Shown piece after piece: positions 51,614-64,000 of a DNA stretch of 64,000 nucleotides. The stretch spans positions 7,812,001 through 7,876,000 of the forward strand of contig OX597831.1 of assembly GCA_951406725.2 (NCBI GenBank), given 5' to 3'. The notes beneath the pieces were generated by a model that was not told the DNA's origin, ran no database searches, and was given only the letters and a program-made list of their open reading frames with translations. Source of the DNA: Octopus vulgaris (lineage: Eukaryota). Made by a program: the position numbers and the translations under genes. Each line of letters opens with the position of its first letter. Positions within the stretch are counted from its first letter, which is position 1.

Positions 51614-54600
51614 GGATTTCACCCTTAACTCTACATAAGAGTGTCAGAGAGTGTGGAAGGGCCTAGTATGCCATTTGCCTCCAGAAATAACAACTGGAGA
51701 TCACTTAACTTTGGTGTTTCAAGTACAGAACCTAAGACTTTTTTGCTCCTTGTGGCTCTTAGGCCATCAATGAATTTTCTCCATTATCTTTGACTCTTGG
51801 CTGACTTTTCTGCCTTTCTCCTGTTTGATTCCTGCTTCTTTTTTTTCATAATTTTCTTTCAGATTTCGTCACACTGCCTCATTTGTTTCCCTCAGGGAAG
51901 GCCTTCCTCTTCAAAGTTTTGTCAGTTTTCAGTTGTCGTTGATGTTTTTTTTAAATTTGCTTTTTCCTAGGTGGGGTGGGGGTTGGCTCTATACAAACCC
52001 ATTTTTACTTCTTGGAAGAGGTGGTCTGTATTAATCTAGTCTCTAACCTTTGACCTGTCCAGCATGAGAAGTCCTACAAGGTGCTTCCAATCTACTGGCA
52101 TAACTCTCAGGGTCACTGAGGCATACAAGCCACCACACCACACCACACCAAACACTGAACCTTTTGATGGTAGTTTGTCTGTGGCATGTTGCCCTCAATC
52201 ACTTTATGATGGAGTAGCAATAAGCACACTGAGCTGTTTCCTTGGTGTCTCATGAGTCTAGAGCAAATCTTTGTCTGCTGTACCTTGTTTTCAGTAAATA
52301 AAAATAAGGGCCCTCAGTGCATTGCTTTACTTAGAAGCCTATAATACTGTTAATTCCGCCCTGGTTCTACCTTCAATGTTTTCAGCATCCTTTTCTTGCT
52401 CTTATTCTCTCCTATACTCTTATTCTTTTCTACTCTAGGCACAAGGCACGAAATATTTGGGGAGGAGGGGCACTTGATTAGATCAACCTTAGTATGCAAC
52501 TGGTACTTAATTTATTGACCCCAAAAGGATGAAAGGCAAAGTCAACCTTGGTGGAATTTGATCTCAGACTGTAAAGACAGACGAAATACCGCTAAGCATT
52601 TCGCCAGCATAATTAATGTTTCTGCCAGCTCCCTACCTTTCTCCTGTATTCTTATTACTATTTATTATTGTCTTCTGTTACTGTATCTTTATTGTTATTA
52701 TTGTTCATATCACTCTCCCCCCCACCTCTTTTCCTTTGTATTTTACTTTCCTGCTGTCCGACAATGTTTTGCGGTCATTAAACAAACTAGTGCCCCAACA
52801 AAATAGCCATTATCCCATTTGAGGGAGGCAGATCATCCCTAGCTTGCAACATGTTCTCTGGCTCTGAACTTGCTGCATCAACAAACCTGGGTGTTGTTGC
52901 CTGCACTGCGGGAGAGAGAAAAATAAATAAATGCAGGGGCCTGACCAGCCACTCTCAGTTTGTTCCAGTCACTGTCAAGACCTCCGGTGTTCTTTGACCC
53001 CCAACACTATCGATATCCTTTGCAAAATTGGGATAACGGCAGCTTGTCTGAGAGATGAGCCCCACAAGGTGGAGTGGGGTTTCTACAGTAAGTGCCATTG
53101 GCCATTCTCTTCAGCAATGCCGTTGCTGTCAGGACTGTGGGGCAAATAATCCTGGGTGTGTGGTTCATTGCTCCCTCTCCCTCAGCCTTCCACTGCTTAA
53201 TCCCACCCCACTTTTTCACTGTTTCTTTGTTTCTTTGTAATTAAATATTAAGAAAACAAAAAAATTAGCCAACTGGAGGATTTCATCCGTGTTTATATTC
53301 TGTTGGGATGGACTTTGCTTTTGTCCTTTTGGGAATCAATGAAGTCAACTGCCCCCCCCCACCAAAAAAAATTTCAGGCTTTGTGCCTATATTAGAAAGG
53401 ATTGTTATTTGGAAATATTTACTAAAAGACAACTAACTTAGAATAGATTGAATTTTAAAGCAAAAACTCTGATAGTCAATGGGAGTGTTACAAGAATGAA
53501 TTCTAGGAATCGGCATTAATGTCGCATGGAGATTCAATGGAATTTTATTATTTTTAAGTTGGTGCATAAAGAGAGTAATTTAACATTAAATTGAATTGAA
53601 AAATTGAAATGATTTCATTCCAGAAATAAGTAGTTCGAAAAGGAATTATAAATGGTTCACTAAATATAATTTCTGTCATGTATTTTAGAATAAGATTTCT
53701 GCTTGTCATAATACGCTTTTTTAAAACAATTTTCACAATGTGATATTGTTGTTCTTGTCACTACTATAATGATGATGATAATGATTATGATGATGATTAT
53801 CACCACCACCACTATTGCCATCATCATCATCATCATCATCACCAGCAGCAGCAGCAGCAGCAGCACCACCACCACCACCACCACCACCACCACCATTCTC
53901 ATTGTTTTCTGACCCATATTTCAGCATACGTGAGTAGGACTGGTCTTCTCCAACTCAGCGTCTCACCATTTATTTGTGGTTGTCATTTTCTTTGAGCTTC
54001 AGAAACCTTGAGATCAACCTCCAACATTTCTTCTTCACTCTTTCCATTTCCTTCACATTCCTTCAAGTTGAATTCCTCAACACTTCTTCACCCAATTATC
54101 ATCAATAAAAGACAGAACATAATAAATCCAACTTTTAATAGCGTCAGCACTGCTTAATTTGGGTCTGATTAATTATCTCTTTTTTAAGGATTTCTTTTTT
54201 TTTTTTTTTTTCTTCAACCCACGTTTTGAGTACACCCCCAACCCCCAACCCCGGCTGTGCTCCATTCTGCCAAAAGTTAGCCAACAACTAGAGCTCTTTA
54301 TTATTTTCATTTGTAGAGTTTAGTAATGAACCTTTTTTTTGTTATTTGGATAAATAATCGTTTTGTATTTTGTATTGCCAATAATAACTTGAACGTTTTA
54401 TTTTGTAGACGTGTTTTAAAAGCCTCCTCCTCCAACATCAGAAACTCTTACATCATTTTGGAAATCTAGATGTTGACTACTGAAAAGGAATTGTTTTCTG
54501 CTCAGATTATTTTTTATGTTCTTAGTTCTTGAATCTAGGTCTTTTTCCTATCAATTTGGCATTGTAAATGCGAGCTGTTGAAGAATTCTTCTTTTTACTT

Positions 54601-56289
54601 TGCAATGACAATGAAACAAAAATCCCCAAAAGAGGCAACTAAGCTCGTCGAAACTAAGCAATGCCTGCCATTAAAAACTACAGTATTGATTTCATATCAG
54701 ATTCTTTCTGCTTTACCATTACATATCTCTTACATATCTCGTTCTTGTCAAGAAGTGAGAAAAAGATATCAGCAACAAAAATCTTTAATCTAAAAAAAAC
54801 AAAAGCTGCAAGTCGGAATTACGTTCAGTGAATAATCAAATTCCCATTGGAACCATTCATTCTTTCAATGGAATAATTTGAATTTTCATTTATTTATTTA
54901 TTTTTCAATATTTTCATGTTGAAATATTTGGTATCTGCATCAAGTACCAAATAATGAGGTTAATAAGAAAAATCCCATCAGATCTCCAACATTTGTTGCT
55001 GCTGCTTCTTAGCACTAATGAATAACCTTAACGTTTTGGATAATTACATAAGAAGGCAAAAGTAATCTTTACCAATCTTCTTATAAAAGTTCAATTGAAA
55101 TTTTAGTGGAAAATTTTAAACTTATGATACTAGCTCTTAATGTCTGCAAAATGTCATTTCTGAATTCTTCCTTAAATAAAAGTGTAAAGTAGATAAATAA
55201 TTGTTAAATATTCTAAATATCTATTTCTTCAATATATCTCATCATCATCATCGTCTAATCTCTCTTTTCCATGCTAGCATGGGTTGGACGGAGAAATATA
55301 TATATATATATAAATGCATATGTGATTGACTGCTAAATCCACAAGTTTTTTTTAACTCTCTCTCTCTCTTTATTTCCTCGTATTCCTTTCTGTTGAAGAG
55401 CATAGGCTCGAAATGTAAAAAACATTCTCAGTTCCCGAGCATTAAACTAATACACCTGCTTGTTGTTTATACACCTGTCTTCATCTTTTGTTTCTCTGTA
55501 AATTTCAACTATATACATACATACATCATCATCATCGTTTAACGTCCGTTTTCCGTGCTAGCACAGGTTGGATATATATATATATATATATATATATTGT
55601 AGATAAATAATAAGTTAATTATTTTAGATTTTGGCTCAAGGCCGGCAATTTTGAGGGAAGGAAGCAAGTTGATTAAATCAACCTTGGTACTTGATGGGAA
55701 ATTTATTTTACCAACCCCAAAAGGTAGAGTTTGACATCAGCAGGATTTGAAATCAGAATGTTTAGAATTAAAAGAAATGTTGCTCATCAGCCAAACATCA
55801 CCTTTGATACTCCTGCAATGGAGTATATTAGCTTTGACTCAACTATTGCCTTCCATGCACTCGCTGAGTTGATATTTATCTGTAGTAGTAGTAGGAGGAG
55901 GAGGGGTAGTAGTAGTTGTAGTAGTAAGATGAGGATGAGGGGTAGTAGTAGGAGGAGGAGGAGGGTTAGTAGTAGTAGTGGTGGTGGTCATCATCGTTGT
56001 CGTCGTAGCAACAGTAGCAGTAGCAGCAACAACAACAACAATAATAAATATGGTATGGTATATAAAAAATGTAGCCGAACTGCTGTTGTTGAAAGTAAGA
56101 AGGTGAGTCTCATGTAAAATTGCAGATTGCAAAGATGAAACATAATACAAGCATTTGAGACTGAAAGAAAATGGAAACAGATGGATGGAGAGAAGAATGG
56201 ACAATTCCATAGAGATGTTGGGAATAGGACAGACAAAAAGAAAAGGTGGTTATGGATGGCTAAAAGTGGTGGCCTTTCATATGGATGAC

Positions 56290-56590
56290 TCAAATCGGTG
56301 GCCTTTCATAAAGTGCTGTATTGATCAGAAGAGACCATAGTTAGATGGAGCAATGTCTGAACTACAGGCTGGATGCGGCAGGACTTCCACAGCATCCGAT
56401 TCTTCAATCTTGTTGCTGGTCTTTCTGGTGATATGCAGCTTTGCATTGTCTTGTTGAAACAAAGCGTATTTTCAATGAACAAGTCTTGGGTCCTTTTCAA
56501 CCAGTGCCTCATAGACTCAATCAAGTTGCTTGCAGTAAAGGTCAGTGTCGATGGCGCGACTTTCGGCAAATGTTCGGCGCATAATCTTTT
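56290..56590 (-). mobile_element. Mariner transposase C-terminal fragment
   Basis: A minus frame reads FQQDNAKLH...EVLPHPACSSDIAPSNYGLF*SIQHFMKGHRF. Confidence 0.85.
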
Positions 56591-56600
56591 CCCTTAGCCT

Positions 56601-57470
56601 AATATTATCAGTCAGTGTACACCACTAGAGCAGAAAGAATATATATTTCTTTACTACCCACAAGGGGCTAAACACAGAGGAGACAAACAAGGACAGACAA
56701 ACGGATTAAGTCGATTACATCGACCCCAGTGCGTAACTGGTACTTAATTTATCAACCCCGAAAGGAGGAAAGGCAAAGTCGACCTCGGCAGAATTTGAAC
56801 CCAGAACGTAACGGCAGACAAAATACGGCTATGCATTTCGCCCGGCGTGCTAACGATTCTGCCAGCTCACCACCTTTGAGCAGAAAGAATATAAGAGGTA
56901 GGATGACAACATAGCAAAGATAGTCTGTTGGGCACTTTGCAACAAGTATGGGCTTGACAAAGCAGAAAAGTGGTACAGACATAAACCCACTGGCATTCTT
57001 GAAAATGATAATGCAAAAATCCTGAGGAACTTTATGATTCAGTGTGACCATGCGATGGAGGGTAGGAAATGATATTTTCTTATGATTGAGAGGGAAAGCA
57101 AACAATGCTGGATCATTGATATAACATGTTCAGCTGATAACAAAATATGTGATAAAGAAGGAAAAAAAGTCATTTGATATGACAGGTTCGCTTGGGAAGT
57201 TAAGCAGTTGTGGTCATTGAAAAAAGGTAGTAGCCAAACCAATAATTGTCAGAGCCTTAGAAACAGTGAGTAAATATCTTGAGAAGTATATTGAACATAT
57301 AGGGATTGAAATATGGGTGGAGTACTTACAGAAAATAGTAATGCTTTGAACGACTCAAATACTTCAGAAGGTGCTTGAAAAATAAGGGGTGTTACCTCAT
57401 ATCCCTGGTAGTGAACAGCTGGTATTGGAATACATCAAAGAAAACATAACAACAACAATAACAATAATGT
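56601..57470 (+). mobile_element. R4/Dong-clade LINE 3' fragment (zinc-knuckle end plus restriction-like endonuclease), interrupted by a SINE
   Basis: IISQCTPLEQKEYKR*DDNIAKIVCWALCNKYGL...KWYRHKP...END.AKIL..F.IQCD...CWIIDI...D...DKE, ending in an (AAC/AAT)n tail. Confidence 0.85.
56644..56877 (-). mobile_element. Young Nin/Deu-type SINE with a 16-bp TSD (gagcagaaagaatata at 56628-56643 and 56878-56893)
   Basis: Exact TSD, retained CpGs, and close similarity to the copy at 20585-20808. Confidence 0.88.
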
Positions 57471-57885
57471 TAGGGAATAGTTTAGTAGTTAAGAGATATC
57501 TTGTATGTAAGATATTGGAAAGCTGGTATCATGTTAGAGAAAAATATTGGTTTTCTAAGATAAATATTGATTTCTAAACAGGAAAAATATTGTGAAGAAG
57601 TCAGTGGAAACCAAAGTGTGTAATAATGTAATACTTGCTCCCGGAACAGTTCCGTGCCTGAAAATGGTAAAATCCTTCTCAAACTGGTAAAACAAAGGAA
57701 AATATATCTAAAATTGGATAAAATAAAGTTCAGTTATATATGTTTAAAATCAATATGTGTGTCTCATGTATTTTTGTAGAAACTCGAAAATCATTAACAT
57801 ACATGGAAGATAGTCGTGAGAGTTACAAGAGAACCTTTTCTTTTTGTTTATTTGTTTATATAATTGTATGTTTTATTTATTTTAG

Positions 57886-57966
57886 AATTGACTGAAGAAG
57901 AAAAAGTACAAAAACTTCGTAAAGAAAAGTTAAAAAAAGAATATTATTTTGCTGTTGAAGAAGAAG
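57886..57966 (+). CDS. SPEF2: SPEF2 exon Q (ELTEEEKVQKLRKEKLKKEYYFAVEEE), phase 1->1; the gene continues beyond the window
   Basis: ttttatttattttag| acceptor, G|gtaata donor. Similar to SPEF2 'TEEIAE...KIKEEHLAALQFEE'. I found no later exon before 64000. Confidence 0.88.
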
Positions 57967-58081
57967 GTAATAACAAAATTTCTGTAAAGTTTCTCATAAT
58001 TTAATCCTTTCTAACTGCTGAGAAATATCATCATCATCATTGTTTATTTATGTCCATGCTCCATGTTGGCATGAGTTGGAC

Positions 58082-58516
<435 letters not shown>

Positions 58517-58909
58517 AGGCATGTGGCTTAATGGTTAAGATGTTGCACTTATAATTGCTAGATGGTGTGTTCAATTCATGGACGAAGCATCATACTGTGT
58601 TCTTGAGCAAAGCATTTCATTTCATGTTGCTGCAGTTTACTCAGCCATGAATGGGTGACCACTCTGTGACAAAGTAGCCTTCCAGTCGGAGGGCGTGTTG
58701 GCCTGTTGACCTAGTCAGGAGGGGTGGGTCATCATTTGAAAGCTAAAATGATATCAAGTGCATTGTGACAAGCAATATATAACAACGTCTGACAGTCTGG
58801 TCAATCAGGCGATATAGGTAGGTAAAAAAGCATGAGATGGAATGAGGGGAATAAAGGACGGACAGTTGAACAACGTGAAGTGTTACAACAGGAAGACAAA
58901 AATTGGAGA

Positions 58910-59422
58910 GTTGGCGGGCAGACCCTGGTGGAACAAAATCCCATCGTAACTGTTGAGGAACTAGCAGAGAAGCTTGGATTTTGTCATTCAACCACTCATC
59001 AACACCTGCATACCATCAGAAAAGCCAGCAAATTGGGTCAATGATTTCCTCACAAGCTTTCTGAGTTTAATTGTGTGCAGAGAGTGAATGTGTGCTCTTC
59101 TTTGCTGTCAGGTTTCACAAATGAACCTTTTTTGGACTGAATAGTGACTGGTGATGAGAAAAGGGTTCTCTATAAAAATATCAAGTGCCGAAGACAGTGG
59201 GGAGGGAAAAGAAAAACACCAGCATCCCAGGCTAAAGAAGGTCTTCACCCACGTAAAGTGTTGTTATCTGTTTCGTTTGATATGGAAAGGTTAGTCTACT
59301 TTGAACGTTTAAAGATAAACCAAATGATAATGAAGGAGGTCCACTGTGAGCAGCTTGAATGGCTGAAGTCAGCGCTAGAAGGAAAACAACCATCTTTGGT
59401 TTCAAGACACAAGGTGTTCTTC
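58910..59422 (+). mobile_element. Mariner transposase pseudogene fragment (HTH linker to first catalytic D)
   Basis: LVEQNP..TVEELAEKLG..HST..QHL....K.SKLGQ*FPHKL (degenerate WVPHEL)...FLD*IVTGDEK.VLY.N...LHPRKVLLSV. Confidence 0.9.
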
Positions 59423-60007
59423 CGCATGCACACACATACAAATGGATGCCCTTCCTAACAGCTTCTTTACTGTATGTACTGGTGCTTTTTCAAGTCAGCA
59501 GCACTACTAGTGAAGTACTTGGTGACCTCACCTGTGGCCAGTAACATGTAAAAGTACTCATTTACAACTATTCCACGATTTCAGTTGACCTTTGTCACCT
59601 GTGACCATCTTCAACCCAGTGACAAGACCAGGTCAGGACGACTGGGGATGGAAATGGATGCAGTGGGTGACCAAGTTGTCTTGCTTGACTTATCTTGCTG
59701 TCTGCACTCCACAGTGCATTCCTGCAGTTGCCTCCCTGTCATTGAACCATGAAGGTTTCTTCTTCCAGGGAGTCTGCTGGTTCCAGTCTTTACATGCATA
59801 GGTAGGCAAGCCCTAATCCACAGCTAGGACCCTGGCAGGTGCCCCTACTGTGGGTCAGAGTAAACCTGGAAGCAATAGTGGTTAAAGGGTGGTTCCATAC
59901 TCCTCAGAAATACAGGAAATGTGTTCCTACATATAACAGACTTCTTACAGTTCCAGTCTGGCAAATTCACTCACAAGTTTTTGGTCAACCTTAGGCTATA
60001 GTGGAAA

Positions 60008-60646
60008 GACACTTGCCCTACATGCCATGCAGTGGGACTGAACCTGTGACACTTGCCCTACATGCCATGCAGTGGGACTGAACCTGTGACACTTGCCCTA
60101 CATGCCATGCAGTGGGACTGAACCTGTGACACTTGCCCTACATGCCATGCAGTGGGACTGAACCTGTGACACTTGCCCTACATGCCATGCAGTGGGACTG
60201 AACCTGTGACACTTGCCCTACATGCCATGCAGTGGGACTGAACCTGTGACACTTGCCCTACATGCCATGCAGTGGGACTGAACCTGTGACACTTGCCCTA
60301 CATGCCATGCAGTGGGACTGAACCTGTGACACTTGCCCTGCATGCCATGCAGTGGGACTGAACCTGTGACACTTGCCCTACATGCCATGCAGTGGGACTG
60401 AACCTGTGACACTTGCCCTACATGCCATGCAGTGGGACTGAACCTGTGACACTTGCCCTACATGCCATGCAGTGGGACTGAACCTGTGACACTTGCCCTA
60501 CATGCCATGCAGTGGGACTGAACCTGTGACACTTGCCCTGCATGCCATGCAGTGGGACTGAACCTGTGACACTTGCCCTACATGCCATGCAGTGGGACTG
60601 AACCTGTGACACTTGCCCTACATGCCATGCAGTGGGATTGAACCTG
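60008..60646. repeat. Minisatellite: 16 x 40-bp unit gacacttgccctacatgccatgcagtgggactgaacctgt, embedded in a minus-strand SINE
   Basis: Tandem units without spacers. The flanks (59935-60007 and 60647-60690) continue the SINE sequence. Confidence 0.97.
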
Positions 60647-61303
60647 GAACTACCTGATTGGGAACCAAACTTCTTAACCACAGAGCCATACATGCATCGA
60701 ACCACTATACCGAATGCCACAAATCCATCCAACAGTGGAATGAATGCCGGCTCTTCTCACATTTCTCCGTCTCTCTTATATACTCTGGTTAATGGTGTTG
60801 CAAATGTTTCCATTTTCATATTTGATTGCTTTGGAGTTTGTCAATTTTATTGAAATGGAAAATATTCATTAAGACGATAAAATGAAGTTCAACCATTTTC
60901 CCAACAGCTTGCACATGAAAGGAATGCAGCTAATTAACTGATAATTAAATAAGAATTCCAGGATTGAGATTCACCTTTTTCAATTATAAAAGTGATGCAA
61001 AGATCTTTTAAACCTTCCATTGAGCTACTTTTGACAGATATATTCCAATTTTTCATCATTGAGGATAATTCTAAATCTGATTAACTGTCAGAGTTTATAA
61101 AAAAAACAAAATCATTTTGTTTCCTGCATAAAAGTTAAAGGTTTGAAATGAAGGAGGCTTTTACTGTTTATCAAGATTTTAGTTTGCCAATGAAGAATCA
61201 CTCTGCAAAGTGGATTTATTGGTAAAGAAAGAAGGTTAGAGAGAAAGAGAGAGAGCAGAAGAGAGGCAGACACATATATAGTGAGATAGATAGATGGATG
61301 GAT

Positions 61304-61337
<34 letters not shown>

Positions 61338-61354
61338 GGGAGGCAGACAGATAG

Positions 61355-61476
<122 letters not shown>

Positions 61477-64000
61477 GGGAGGCAGACAGATAGTTATATA
61501 TATATATATATAGATAGAGAGAGAGAGACAGATAGACAGACAGCTGGACAGCCAGATAGATAGAGAGGGAGAGAAAAAGAGGGAGACAGTGAGATAGATA
61601 CATGTATATAGACAAACAGGAAGATAGACAGATTGAAAGGTGGGGGAGAGAAAGAAAGAAAGAGAGAGAGAGAGTGTGTGTGTGTGTGTGTGTGCATGCT
61701 TGTTTTCTTTCCCTCTTTTGTGACAGTCTTTTAGGTTCCATTCCATTTCCATTGTATACTCACTAATCACTCTCTTACTAAACAAACAAAATATTCGACT
61801 TTATTTGTTCTATTAATCTTCATCAGACTCACTGACTTTTAGTTTTTTCTTTAAATATATTTCCAATCATTGATTTTTATGGTTTAATGTTATTTTTTTA
61901 AAAAAATCTAAAAAGCATTCTGTAGTTATATTGGTGTTGGTAGCGTCCAGTATACATTGTTAATGGGTCTTCTGTAATATAATGTATCATTTATCAGGAT
62001 ATTTCATTTACTCTAATGTAATATTATATCATTTATCAGAATGGTTTGCTTCCATTATATTTCTCATCTAATGTTTCTATACAATTCTCTGCTGTTGTAG
62101 CACAGTATTTATATTATTGATATTGGTGTTGGAGGAACAGGCGTGGCTGTGTGGTAAGAAGCTTGCTTCTCAACCGCATGGTTCCAGGTTCAGTTCCACT
62201 GTGCTGTCTTCTACTATTGCTCCAGGTCGACTTGTGAATGGATTTGGTTGAAGGAAACTCTTATATGTGTGTGTGTGGTCATTTAAGAATCTGTTATGTG
62301 TGTGTGTGGTCATTTAAAATTCTATAAGTCAGGAAATCGGTGCTTTTATATATTAGAGAATAGAATGTGTATATTAATCAATGTATGCAGTATTATAGAT
62401 CCATTACCACCAGTCATACCAATCAGTTTCACACTGGGGATTAAAACCAGATTTTAAGGCAACAGCATGGTTAAGTAATACTGCATGCTCTTCAGAAATG
62501 GCAGGTATGGATAGACTTTTATGATGATATTGTAGGATATCTGTGAGAGGCTGGAGCTGGCCAATTCCAACATATAAACAGGTAAAATATTTTTGGCCAG
62601 CTATGGCTGGTCTAAATGCTAATGGGTTAAAGGTGATAGAAACAATATCATTGCAAAAATCATTTATTAGCACTTACTGTACATGAAATAGACAAAGTTA
62701 ACATGGAAAAAGGATGAAAAAGAAGAAAAAACAACAAAAACCAATGATATTTACTATCTCTGAAGAGCATGTGGTGTTTCTTAACCATACTGTCAGCTAA
62801 CATCCAGTTTTATTACCCAGTGCAAAACTGATTGAGATGATCGTCTGTAATGGATCTATAATACTGTATACTTTGAATGATATATGAATGTGTGAATGTC
62901 TATAGGTTTGTGTCTCCTTGTTTTGGCATTGCATCGTTAATGTTAATGAATGTCATTCATTTTCCTTGAAAGTATGAAATTTTCCTCGGAAACATGTCTT
63001 GCCAAGTGGGTGAGAGGAAATTACCTTATTTGGAAACAGGTATGGGTTGGCTACGAGCAGAACATCAAGCTGTAGAAAATCTGCCTCAACAAATTTCATT
63101 TGACCTTTGCAAGCATGGAAAAGTGGAATTTAAAACGATGATGATGATGATGTTAGTGGTTGTGGTGGTGGGGCAGTGGTGTTTGTACTGTTGGCTTTAA
63201 ATTCCTCGTTGAACAAAACCTTTTTACAAGGAAGTGAAGATAAGCCATCAAAGGAGCCTCTGTATTGTCATTTGACCTTCTAAAAATAGCAGACAGATCA
63301 CCCTCAAATTGCACCTTATATTGGATGTAGTCCTTGATAAAAAAAAAGATGGGAAGGCCATGGCTGGATGGTCTTGGTCATATGTTTACTCAGTCAGGGT
63401 TGATCTAGGGATAAATAAACAAACTCCTGATATATGAAACAACAAAGATTGGTAGTTTGTTGTTGTGTGGTCAGATGACAAGGGGCTGTGATAAGAGGGG
63501 AGACATTGTCCGGGACAGATTCCTCCAACCCATCACCATGATGACGATGTCTACTTTTTGATGCTCGCAAGGTTCACAGGGAATTCATTGAGGTAGATTT
63601 TCTGCAGCTGGATGCCTTTCCTGTTGCCAACTCTAATCTCTTTCCAAGCAAAATGATGTTTCCCTATGGCCAGACATGTTTTTCATGGAAGACTGGAAAC
63701 AAACCACATTGCTTGTATGAAGGTGATGCTTGTTTACAATCAGTACTTGATGTCACGACAAACAAACAAGCAAACATACACGTATGCATAAATATAAACA
63801 TGGATGATGGGATTCTTTTAGTTTCCATCTACCAAATCCACTCTCAAAGCATAGTTGCCATAGAGTAGGATCGAACCCTGAGCCATGTGGTTGGGAGGCA
63901 GCACCTTATAGCCTCACCTGTATATAGCATTTATGATATGTTTACAAATGTGGAACAGCACTAATGGCAATATTTTGTTTGAGAGAAACTTCTCAAAGAG

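Noticed and set aside
60008-60646. CRISPR-like regular array
   Set aside because: The units are contiguous and nearly identical with no unique spacers. The unit is SINE-derived, the context is a eukaryotic intron, and there are no cas genes.

Overview
AT-rich, microsatellite- and retroposon-dense animal DNA. The repeat families resemble those I recall from coleoid cephalopod (Octopus-like) genomes; this is an inference and no search was run. The whole window lies inside one + strand gene. Seventeen GT-AG exons (59-57966; 2225 nt) splice with consistent phases into one stop-free frame of about 741 codons. That frame matches the middle of SPEF2/KPL2 (sperm flagellar protein 2): the adenylate-kinase-like GWILDGFP region, then LKRPDNKQDFVSQWQ, ELHQ..DLQDKLWNICD and QAELDRFQDT..LLKDYY. 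The start and stop codons lie outside the window. The introns hold tRNA-derived SINEs, RTE, CR1/L2 and R4/Dong LINE remnants, mariner relics, a MITE and two minisatellites. There is no CRISPR array or prokaryotic system. Most notable: (1) two ~98% identical CR1 LINE ends in inverted orientation bracket two SPEF2 exons totalling 411 nt with matching phase, a candidate circRNA with a stop-free circular ORF and a candidate ADAR substrate; (2) several hammerhead-ribozyme-like motifs of Penelope type, one inside a tRNA-headed SINE; (3) three long intronic fold-back hairpins; (4) a 16x40-bp array amplified from a SINE B-box region; (5) one SINE head joined to three different 3' tails.
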